A stretch of 32,000 bases of DNA from Candidatus Iainarchaeum sp. (GTDB lineage Archaea; Iainarchaeota; Iainarchaeia; Iainarchaeales; VGJJ01): assembly GCA_030688545.1 (NCBI GenBank), contig JAUYHT010000002.1:300001-332000 (forward strand). The letters are read 5' to 3'. Positions 24,988 through 32,000 of this stretch are shown here, piece after piece. The translations under genes were made by a program, and so were the position numbers. The stretch's first letter is position 1, and every line of letters begins with the position of its first letter. The notes under the pieces were generated by a model. It had not been told where the DNA came from, ran no database searches, and saw only the letters and a list, made by a program, of their open reading frames with translations.

Positions 24988-25027
24988 CCCCCTCCTGAAT
25001 GGGGCGCAAAACATACCATCCCTGGCA

Positions 25028-25627
25028 TTATCGGCGATGTCTCTTTGGGGGAGGGATAGATTTAGGGACGCCATCCCTGAATGGTGGATTTCGATGTCGG
25101 GTTCGCTCGGCGGCTAACCGCTCTAGGACCATACGGGTGTGGGGTTGGATCGGGGGAGTTGATGGATGAAATAGGGTGGCCCTCAATAATGCCGGGAGAC
25201 CACGATGAACGGCGGCTGCACGCAATTCGGAGTGGACGCCTTTATTTATTTTTTTGGTGATATCCTTGAGCGTGGGGAGGGAAACTTCGACCCAAAAAAA
25301 ATGGGCTTTGTAATTGTGGGAGTCTGGAATCTTCCTTCCTGTTGAAGGGCTTTTGTCTGGTAATTTAAAATCGCGACCTGACTCCACCATCATAAGATGG
25401 GGAGTGACGGATAAAATATCCTTTCTCTCTAACTTTATTTCTTCAGACAGACCCCTGAATAGGGTGGGTACATATCGCCCCGCGTCTTTTGGCTCACGGG
25501 TTTCGGCAGGTCCCAGCATGAGCGCGTTGGCCCATTTTCCACGGGAATCCCGCTTGAGAGTCAAATAAAAAAAATGATTTCCGGACCGAGCCACCATGAT
25601 GGCCACGGCCGCATTCCGCGGTGCCAT
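25028..25627 (-). CDS. Hypothetical protein with a degenerate Nudix-like box and a basic Pro/Arg-rich tail
   Basis: GPAETRE...RGLSEEIKL resembles G-x5-E-x7-REUxEExGU, but with an insertion of about 5 residues and substitutions. Starts 1 nt after the stop of the isopentenyl phosphate kinase gene. Confidence 0.45.
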   Translation of the reverse strand: MAPRNAAVAIMVARSGNHFFYLTLKRDSRGKWANALMLGPAETREPKDAGRYVPTLFRGLSEEIKLERKDILSVTPHLMMVESGRDFKLPDKSPSTGRKIPDSHNYKAHFFWVEVSLPTLKDITKKINKGVHSELRAAAVHRGLPALLRATLFHPSTPPIQPHTRMVLERLAAERTRHRNPPFRDGVPKSIPPPKRHRR

Positions 25628-25628
25628 A

Positions 25629-26435
25629 TCAACCCACTCTTACAAGGGTTCCCATATTTAATGATGGATGCTCGAGGATGCGCCGTAAAGCCCCTTTTTT
25701 CTTAAGGGAAAAAATGCGTACCGGAGCACCGCTTCCCAGGTTCACGATCTCTTCCAGCTTCCCTTTCATGCCACGCGTCACATCAACCGCCATGGATTCC
25801 CCTACCAATGCACCCACTTTTTTCAGATTGGCATTGGTGATTCTGGAAATGCGTTTGGCCCGCTTATCCTTTTTGGGGTCCGAGGTGAAAACCCCATCCA
25901 CATCGGTTCCTAGTAGCACATAGTCTGGTGAAAAATGTTTAGACAACCGCGCGATGATCCGATCCCCACTCATCACGCTCCACCCCAAGGTTGAATCGGG
26001 GACCATTGATCCGGTGGAAACGGGAATAATGCCTTTGTCCAAGAGGGTTTCATATGCCTCCAGATTCCATGTCACTAGTTTCTTATCGCGTTGTTCAAAA
26101 AAAGTAGATGGGTCGACGAATTTAGCCGGCATACCATGGGATTTGAGCAGCCTGACGATGGTGAAACCGATTCGTTTGGTGGCACGCAAGCAAATCTGAA
26201 CCCCCTTTTTTTGGTGTGGGGTGCGGACACCATCATTAATCCCCCACTTCACCACGATCCCATGTCCAATGGATCCCACCCCGCTAATAAGGATTAAGCG
26301 AAAGGGTTTGATCGCTCGCGCCTGGGCAATCTGACGAATCAACCCTTTCAGGAACAACTGATCAATATGAGGGATTTGCTCTCCTTTTTTAGTGACAATA
26401 CTTCCCCCGAGCTTCAGCACATAGAAGCGCTCCAT
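25629..26435 (-). CDS. Isopentenyl phosphate kinase (amino-acid-kinase fold)
   Basis: YVLKLGGSIVTKK N-terminal glycine loop and ISGVGSIGHG (GSFGH-type motif). The ORF-track start at 26468 is TTG. The ATG at 26435 (MERFYVLKLGGS) lies 25 nt downstream of TTATATA (minus strand, 26457-26463). Confidence 0.75.
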   Translation of the reverse strand: MERFYVLKLGGSIVTKKGEQIPHIDQLFLKGLIRQIAQARAIKPFRLILISGVGSIGHGIVVKWGINDGVRTPHQKKGVQICLRATKRIGFTIVRLLKSHGMPAKFVDPSTFFEQRDKKLVTWNLEAYETLLDKGIIPVSTGSMVPDSTLGWSVMSGDRIIARLSKHFSPDYVLLGTDVDGVFTSDPKKDKRAKRISRITNANLKKVGALVGESMAVDVTRGMKGKLEEIVNLGSGAPVRIFSLKKKGALRRILEHPSLNMGTLVRVG

Positions 26436-26480
26436 TCCATTCGAAAGAAGGGGTTCTATATAATCCAACCCGAACGCACG

Positions 26481-26489
26481 ATTAAAAAG
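26481..26489 (+). promoter_or_regulatory. TATA box ATTAAAAAG
   Basis: Centre is 25 nt upstream of the ATG at 26510. Confidence 0.45.
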
Positions 26490-26509
26490 ACGAAAAGGTA
26501 GGTCCCGGG

Positions 26510-27154
26510 ATGAAGACCACGCGCCTTATGCAACAGGATTTTTTGGAATCCGTAACACTCGCCCGGCGCGCCGGCATCCCATTCGTCCCCACGCAGGGGC
26601 TATGGAGAAAGGATGACATCCAAAAAACCGTTAGGAAAATCCCCTTCCCCTGGGCCATGAAGGCCGCGGGAAAAAAGCTATTGCACAAAACGGATGCGGG
26701 GGGCGTGGCACTGGATATCCAAAATGAAAGGGATGCTCAAAAAATATTCCAGAGGATGAAACGAATACGGAATTGCGAATACGTGGTGGTGCAACCCATG
26801 CGGAAGGGAATCGAATTGATTGTCGGGGGAAAGATTGATCCGCAGTTTGGCCCATTAGTATTAGTGGGGAGCGGGGGCATCTATACCGAGGTGCTGAAGG
26901 ACGTGCGCATGCGCATTAGTCCAATAGGGACGAAGGATGCGGAAGCCATGATCAAGGGTTTGGCCATCTATCCTATTTTGAAAGGCGTGCGGGGGCAGAA
27001 GGGAGTGAGGATGTCGGAATTGATAAAAATCATACTTGGAGCGGATAAACTTATGCGCTCGGGTAAGATCGCGGAATTGGACCTCAACCCTGTTCTCGCC
27101 ACTCCCCAAAAGGTAGAAGGGGTGGATGTGCGGATTATTCCGGAATCATTATGA
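26510..27154 (+). CDS. ADP-forming acetyl-CoA synthetase beta-subunit-like ATP-grasp protein
   Basis: 214 aa with PWAMKAAGKKLLHKTDAGGVALDI and LDLNPV, typical of the ATP-grasp_5 / ACD beta module. No alpha subunit gene lies in the window. Confidence 0.7.
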   Translation: MKTTRLMQQDFLESVTLARRAGIPFVPTQGLWRKDDIQKTVRKIPFPWAMKAAGKKLLHKTDAGGVALDIQNERDAQKIFQRMKRIRNCEYVVVQPMRKGIELIVGGKIDPQFGPLVLVGSGGIYTEVLKDVRMRISPIGTKDAEAMIKGLAIYPILKGVRGQKGVRMSELIKIILGADKLMRSGKIAELDLNPVLATPQKVEGVDVRIIPESL

Positions 27155-27195
27155 ATGCTACCCCCCCTTATTCCGTGTGCTAAGGGAGATTGCTC

Positions 27196-27786
27196 ATGAA
27201 CGAAAAAATTCAATGCCCACAATGCGGCAAAATGATGGGAAATGCAGAAGCCTTGGGCATGCACACCCGGACCAAGCACCCAGAAACCCTCCCGGCAAAA
27301 AATGAATCCAATCTTTTTTGGAGGAAATGGAAAATCTCCATCATGGGAGCAGTGCTTCTATTGGGAATCGTCCTCGTTTTAGGTAGTGGCCTATTTTCAT
27401 CCGGATCCCCCGACCCCGATGGGAGCGGGATCACTTTTCCGACGCCCAATGTGCATTGGCATGCGAGCGTCAATGCATCCGTCTGCGGGGAGACATTCAT
27501 CATGCCATTGGCCCCCATCCGCGACCATTTGTTGCATACGCACGAAGACCGCTTGATTCATGTAGAAGGAATCGCCAGCTCTCCCGATCAAATCACCTTG
27601 GGGAGGTTTTTCCAATTAGTCGGGGTCACCTTCACCTCGCAAACATTCAATGGAACCAGTGTCGAAGATATTTGTCCCAACGGGGAAGCGGCCGAAATGG
27701 TGTTTTTAGTCAATGGCCAACCCAGTGACGAATACGAAAACCGCGTCGTTCGGGATGAAGACGTCTACACCATTCACCTTGAGTAA
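27196..27786 (+). CDS. Zinc-finger / single-TM / His-rich ectodomain protein
   Basis: N-terminal C2H2-like CPQCGKMMGNAEALGMHTRTKH, TM helix ISIMGAVLLLGIVLVLGSGLF, and an ectodomain with HWHA and LLHTHEDRLIHVEG. The ATG at 27196 is preferred to the TTG at 27190. Confidence 0.6.
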   Translation: MNEKIQCPQCGKMMGNAEALGMHTRTKHPETLPAKNESNLFWRKWKISIMGAVLLLGIVLVLGSGLFSSGSPDPDGSGITFPTPNVHWHASVNASVCGETFIMPLAPIRDHLLHTHEDRLIHVEGIASSPDQITLGRFFQLVGVTFTSQTFNGTSVEDICPNGEAAEMVFLVNGQPSDEYENRVVRDEDVYTIHLE

Positions 27787-27901
27787 CAAAGAACCCTCCC
27801 CCATTTTGGGTTTTTGCTGCAGAAGGCCCCCCCTCCTCCCACTTGTAAAGCGGTCAAGAAAACGCACCTATTTTTAATTCAACCAAATCCATCCTCCCAA
27901 T

Positions 27902-28612
27902 ATGAACACGTATGCACACATTTTTGGGGAAAAGAGGCTCATCATATTCGACATCGATGGGACGATGATGGACACCGTGGCCATTCACATGGACGTGCTT
28001 CTTGAAGCTTACCAACGCAACCCCGCGACCCCGCACCCGGATCCAAAGATCCTCCAACGCCACCTGGGAAAAACATCCACTGCCTACGCGCGAGACGTCT
28101 TCCGGGACCATGGGCATGCCAACCCCACCTTGAACGACATCCAATCCATCATTGAATACCATCGCCAGAAAGCCACTCATCCGTCGTTCCTCGAGGGAAA
28201 GGAATCGTTATTCCCCGGGGTCCGCGAATTATTGGAACGATTGCGCCAGGATGGAAAAGAGCTAGCGGTCATCTCCGGGAACATCCGGGAAACGGGGGAA
28301 GTATTGTTGCAAGCGACGGGAATCATCTCCTATTTCAAATACCGGGTGTATGCCTCGGACACTTACTTGGGAAAGCCTATTCGGGAAAGGCACGAGATGC
28401 TTCGAAAGGTACTGGAGCAGGTTCAGAAAGAAAATAGGGGGCTTTCCCCTCGTGATACCCTGGTGATCGGGGACACCATGTATGATATCGAGGCGGCCCA
28501 TCAAGTGGGAATGGAGGCACTCGCCGTGGGAACAGGCAATACTCCGTTAGACGAATTGAAAACCCATCACCCTCTCTTTGCCGCGGCAACTTTGCGGGAA
28601 TGCCTTAAATAG
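27902..28612 (+). CDS. HAD-superfamily hydrolase (phosphoglycolate-phosphatase-like subfamily IA)
   Basis: IIFDIDGTMMDT (motif I DxDGT), VISGN (motif II) and GDTMYDIEAA (motif IV). Confidence 0.85.
   Translation: MNTYAHIFGEKRLIIFDIDGTMMDTVAIHMDVLLEAYQRNPATPHPDPKILQRHLGKTSTAYARDVFRDHGHANPTLNDIQSIIEYHRQKATHPSFLEGKESLFPGVRELLERLRQDGKELAVISGNIRETGEVLLQATGIISYFKYRVYASDTYLGKPIRERHEMLRKVLEQVQKENRGLSPRDTLVIGDTMYDIEAAHQVGMEALAVGTGNTPLDELKTHHPLFAAATLRECLK
28604..28612 (+). promoter_or_regulatory. TATA box CTTAAATAG overlapping the HAD gene stop codon
   Basis: Centre is 25 nt upstream of the ATG at 28633. Confidence 0.45.
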
Positions 28613-28632
28613 ACGAACCGAATATCCCGCTC

Positions 28633-29826
28633 ATGCCCTATTCCAGACGCATCCCTAAAACAAGGTGGGGACATATCCTCTCCGAACGCGTGGCGAACTT
28701 ACCTGAGTCGGAATTCGAATCCATCATGGGCATCGCCAAGGAACGCCCGGACATCATTTCATTAGGGCCGGGGGAACCTGATTTTAGTTCTCCTACGCCG
28801 GTTATCCGCGCCACGCAAGAGGCGCTCCAAAAAGGGCAGACGCATTATTCGGCCATCCCGGGGTTGAAAGAATTGCGGGAGGCCATCTCGCGCAAACTGA
28901 AAAAGGAGAACCATATTTTCCTGGAAGACCCCGAGAACGAAGTATGCGTCACCGCCGGAAGCACGGAAGGATTGCTCTTGGGATTGATGAGTATCGTGGA
29001 TGTGGGAGAAGAAGTTTTAGTGCCCGACCCGGGGTTCTTAGCGTACACCCCCATGGTGGATCTGGTGACGGGAAACGCCCTCCCCTACCGCTTGAAGGAT
29101 GAGGATGGGTTTCAAATCCACCCTGAAGAATTGGAAGCCCAGATTACCAACAAGACCCGCACCATCATCCTGAATTCCCCCTCCAATCCAACGGGGACGG
29201 TGCTCAAGCGAAAGGTTTTGGAGGAGATCGCTGACATCGCGGTGGAGCATGAACTGATCATATTTTCGGATGAGGCCTATGAGAAGCTGGTCTTTGGTAA
29301 AGGAAAACATGTGAGCATGGCCGCGCTGGAAGGCATGCACGATCACGTGCTGACATTTCAATCATTCTCCAAGAGCTTCGCCATGCCTGGATTTCGTATT
29401 GGCTACGTGGCCGGCCACCATGAGTTGGTGCGGAAAATAGGGCAGATTCACGTGTACACGAGCCTCACTGCGAGCACGGCCAATCAATATGGGGCGCTGA
29501 AGGCATTATCCTTGGGAAAAAAATATGTGGAGCGGATGCGCACGAGCTATGACCAGCGGAGGAAACTGGTTTTGAAGCATGTGAATGAGATGAAAACATT
29601 ACACGTGGAAGTGGAACCGGAAGGGGCCTTTTATGTGTTCCCCCGAATAACGACAAAACAAAAATCCCGCGACTACGCCCACGCACTGGTGAAAAAAGCC
29701 AAGGTCCTCATGGTCCCGGGAAACGAGTTCGGGCGAGGGGGGGAAGGATTCATGCGCATCTCCTACGCGACGAGCACCCAACAGATTAACGAAGCATTTG
29801 AACGGATGAAGAAGGCGGGGTTCTGA
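28633..29826 (+). CDS. Class I/II PLP-dependent aminotransferase (aspartate aminotransferase-like)
   Basis: 397 aa with NSPSNPTG, the SFSKSFAMPGFRIGY PLP-lysine motif and RISYATS near the C-terminus. Confidence 0.92.
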   Translation: MPYSRRIPKTRWGHILSERVANLPESEFESIMGIAKERPDIISLGPGEPDFSSPTPVIRATQEALQKGQTHYSAIPGLKELREAISRKLKKENHIFLEDPENEVCVTAGSTEGLLLGLMSIVDVGEEVLVPDPGFLAYTPMVDLVTGNALPYRLKDEDGFQIHPEELEAQITNKTRTIILNSPSNPTGTVLKRKVLEEIADIAVEHELIIFSDEAYEKLVFGKGKHVSMAALEGMHDHVLTFQSFSKSFAMPGFRIGYVAGHHELVRKIGQIHVYTSLTASTANQYGALKALSLGKKYVERMRTSYDQRRKLVLKHVNEMKTLHVEVEPEGAFYVFPRITTKQKSRDYAHALVKKAKVLMVPGNEFGRGGEGFMRISYATSTQQINEAFERMKKAGF

Positions 29827-29855
29827 CCACCCTACGGCGACCCGGTCACCATACA

Positions 29856-29864
29856 CTTAAATAG
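29856..29864 (+). promoter_or_regulatory. TATA box CTTAAATAG for the second vapBC operon
   Basis: Centre is 27 nt upstream of the ATG at 29887. Confidence 0.45.
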
Positions 29865-29886
29865 CACATACACATACATACACAGT

Positions 29887-30108
29887 ATGGGTACGAAGAC
29901 CATCTCTATCACGGATGAGGCGTATGATCGTCTCTTTCGCAGAAAGAAAGGGAATGAGAGCTTCAGCGAGGTCATTTGCCGGCTTACCAACAAAAGCAGC
30001 ATTCTTGCATTCGCGGGAATCCTTTCTGATTCGGAGGGAGAAAAACTCGAACGTGCCATCAAAGAGGGAAGAAAAACCTCTCGCCAGAGGAAAATTGAGG
30101 CGATTTGA
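29887..30108 (+). CDS. vapB: VapB-type antitoxin (archaeal small antitoxin family)
   Basis: 73 aa with TISITDEAYDRLFRRKKGNESFSEVI, typical of archaeal PIN-associated antitoxins. Its TGA stop overlaps the vapC ATG (TGATG). Confidence 0.75.
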   Translation: MGTKTISITDEAYDRLFRRKKGNESFSEVICRLTNKSSILAFAGILSDSEGEKLERAIKEGRKTSRQRKIEAI

Positions 30109-30497
30109 TGATACTCGACACGAACGTGCTCATTGACCTCCTGAAAGGAAGAAAGGAAGCTATCGCCAAACTTTCAGAACTGGAAGAAAAAGGAGTCGTG
30201 TTGTCCACTACTACCATTTCCGTCTTTGAACTATACCGGGGACTCCGAGAAATAAGCAATCATGAAAAAATCACCCAAATATCCAAATTATTGGAATCAC
30301 TCGATGTGTACCTTTTCGATAAAGAGTCCGCCCGGGATGGGGGAATGATGCTCGCCAAACTGGAACGCGAAGGAAAAGGAATCGACACTGAGGACACCAT
30401 GATTGCAGGCATCGCCAAAACCCACCAAAAAAAAATCCTCACGCGAGATACCAACCATTTCGCACGCATTCCTGACATTGCCATTGAAACATATTAA
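30108..30497 (+). CDS. vapC: PIN-domain ribonuclease toxin VapC
   Basis: MILDTNVLIDLL, FELY, DTMIAGIA and LTRDTNHF motifs. ATG at 30108 (the ORF-track TTG is at 30105). Confidence 0.88.
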   Translation: MILDTNVLIDLLKGRKEAIAKLSELEEKGVVLSTTTISVFELYRGLREISNHEKITQISKLLESLDVYLFDKESARDGGMMLAKLEREGKGIDTEDTMIAGIAKTHQKKILTRDTNHFARIPDIAIETY

Positions 30498-30675
30498 CCC
30501 CCTTTTTTCAGTCCAAAAAAAAAGAGGCCAGCGCAGCAAAAAAGAAAAGATAAAGGGGGCAATCGAATGATTAAATAAAACGGATTTTGAAGAAATAATA
30601 CATTTTATGACTAGTATAACCGTCACAAATACACGTTTTATCGACTACTATAATAGTCATAAATAAAGAAATTAA

Positions 30676-30720
30676 ACTGAGAAGGAAGCCTTCGAACGGA
30701 TGAAGGAAAAAGGGTTCTGA
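30676..30720 (+). pseudogene. Relic of an aminotransferase gene 3' end (TEKEAFERMKEKGF-stop)
   Basis: Positions 30685-30720 match 29791-29826 at 29/36 nt and end in the same TGA. The encoded EAFERMKEKGF compares with EAFERMKKAGF of the intact gene. An in-frame TAA lies immediately upstream (30673-30675). Confidence 0.6.
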
Positions 30721-30790
30721 ACCATAAAACAATCGGGTAAATTTTTATAGATCCAAGAAGGATGGTTAATTACTAAAAAATGACTAGACT

Positions 30791-31408
30791 ATGGGAATTG
30801 GTATAGGTCGATTGAAGATGAGTATTCCGAATATCCATTTCCAACGTAGCTGGGTATATGAGCAAAAATGGTGGGAATTCCGGCTAACCAAACCGCCTCG
30901 CATAAGCGAGGAAGCGGCCAACCAGTTGTTTAAGCAAATCAAAGAACGAAAACCCCTGTTCGAGCACCTCCTTGGTGAAATTACCCGCACGCTCCAAATT
31001 ACCTGGAAACGGAAAGAAATTGAGGTCACCATGATCGCCTTATTCATTGGATCTTTCTCTAAACCCCTTACCATATCTTTGAGCGACGCCCATGGACACC
31101 CTAATGACATCGAGGACTTAATCGATATAATCATTCATGAACTCATCCACAATGCCCTCAATGAACATCCACAAATAAATGCTGCCCTCACAAAAATCCG
31201 CACAGACTACCCTGACGAACCATTCCTCACCCACATCCATATCCTCGTACATGCCCTACACATGACCTTGTATGAACAGCATCGCGGAATGGATCGGGCT
31301 CAGCGCGATATTGACAAAAGCGCTTTACACCCCTCATATGCCAAAGCGTGGCAAATCGTCACCAAAGAGGGGGCTGAAAATATACTCAACAAATATTTGT
31401 CCGATTAA
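30791..31408 (+). CDS. Hypothetical protein with an HExxH (HELIHN) putative metallopeptidase motif
   Basis: 205-aa ORF in an AT-rich region. IIIHELIHNAL plus downstream His-rich THIHILVHALH. No family that I recognise. Confidence 0.55.
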   Translation: MGIGIGRLKMSIPNIHFQRSWVYEQKWWEFRLTKPPRISEEAANQLFKQIKERKPLFEHLLGEITRTLQITWKRKEIEVTMIALFIGSFSKPLTISLSDAHGHPNDIEDLIDIIIHELIHNALNEHPQINAALTKIRTDYPDEPFLTHIHILVHALHMTLYEQHRGMDRAQRDIDKSALHPSYAKAWQIVTKEGAENILNKYLSD

Positions 31409-31411
31409 TCT

Positions 31412-32000
31412 TCAATTATTTGATTTCGTTTTTCTGTTTTCGAGTTTCCGGATGACAAAAGTGGTGTCGAAATAACCTTTTCCAATATAGTCGATTTTGT
31501 AGCCAGATTTCTTTATGATATCTACCATTTCCGCTCTTGAAAAAATACCCCTAACTGTCTTTTCGGCGATAATTTTAGACTTCCTGTTTTCGAGGATGAA
31601 ATATACCATCTTCGTATACCACTTTCTATCCTTGGCATGAGCGTGCATAGAACGTGAAATAGAGACGTTTCCGGAAAAATATTCTTTTGTGCCGAAAACA
31701 TCTTCCTTCATTTGATCTGTGAGAACTAAATCGAAAATCAAAATGCCATTTTCAGTCAATAGATTCCGCAAATTCTTCAATGTCCGGATAAATGTTTTAG
31801 AATCCTGGCAATAGGCGAAGGAATTGAAAAAGCTGATGATAATGGGAAATGTGGTCGGAAATGAAATTTCCTGATAGGGCTTCCTCTTCAAATGGGCATG
31901 CTTCAATTTCTTCCGTGCGATCCGCAAGAATGCCGGGCTGATATCCGATCCATATGCATCGTACCCTTCTATCTCAAATATTGCCAATAATTGCCCCGTT
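31412..32000 (-). CDS. Class I SAM-dependent methyltransferase (5'-partial, runs off the window)
   Basis: The reading frame stays open upstream of the ORF-track TTG (31987) to the window edge. It reads ..TGQLLAIFEIEGYDAYGSDISPAFLRIARKK, the end of a GCGTG motif I followed by motif II, so the true N-terminus lies beyond nt 32000. Confidence 0.8.
   Translation of the reverse strand, partial: TGQLLAIFEIEGYDAYGSDISPAFLRIARKKLKHAHLKRKPYQEISFPTTFPIIISFFNSFAYCQDSKTFIRTLKNLRNLLTENGILIFDLVLTDQMKEDVFGTKEYFSGNVSISRSMHAHAKDRKWYTKMVYFILENRKSKIIAEKTVRGIFSRAEMVDIIKKSGYKIDYIGKGYFDTTFVIRKLENRKTKSNN

Noticed and set aside
12033-30790. C/D-box sRNA genes in intergenic regions, expected because fibrillarin and Nop5 are encoded here
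   Set aside because: Every TGATGA or RTGATGA match I found lies inside coding sequence (for example about 15177, 7186, 27966 and 31836). No intergenic C-box/D-box pair with appropriate spacing was seen by eye, and a proper scan is still needed.

Overview
This window looks like an archaeal chromosomal segment. The evidence is a nop5-fibrillarin operon, a eukaryote/archaeal-type glycyl-tRNA synthetase, an NMD3 homologue, an aCPSF2-like beta-CASP RNase and isopentenyl phosphate kinase. TATA-like boxes also sit about 25-28 nt upstream of most start codons, which implies leaderless mRNAs. A small-genome, uncultivated (DPANN-like) lineage is only a guess. About 53% G+C housekeeping genes alternate with clearly AT-rich islets. 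The islets carry two VapBC modules, a LAGLIDADG homing endonuclease, an MFS transporter, a GT-A-like glycosyltransferase and a methyltransferase. I saw no rRNA, CRISPR array, integrase or transposase. The most unusual structures are as follows. (1) An intact tRNA-Thr(CGU) is followed 6 nt later by a LAGLIDADG endonuclease gene, and that gene's stop codon lies in the anticodon loop of a 48-nt duplicate of the tRNA's 3' part. (2) Two tandem degenerate tRNA-like modules lie just upstream of tRNA-Arg(CCU). (3) A vapBC cassette is bracketed by an imperfect duplication of the last 12 codons of the upstream aminotransferase gene. (4) The Nop5 protein lacks the fibrillarin-binding N-terminal domain. 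(5) A 2417-aa surface protein contains an embedded vWA/MIDAS domain. (6) Two adjacent membrane-anchored Cys-rich proteins share a C-x-TPDGR-x-F module. Many ORF-track starts are GTG/TTG artefacts, and I re-set those starts to ATGs that sit about 25 nt downstream of a TATA-like box.
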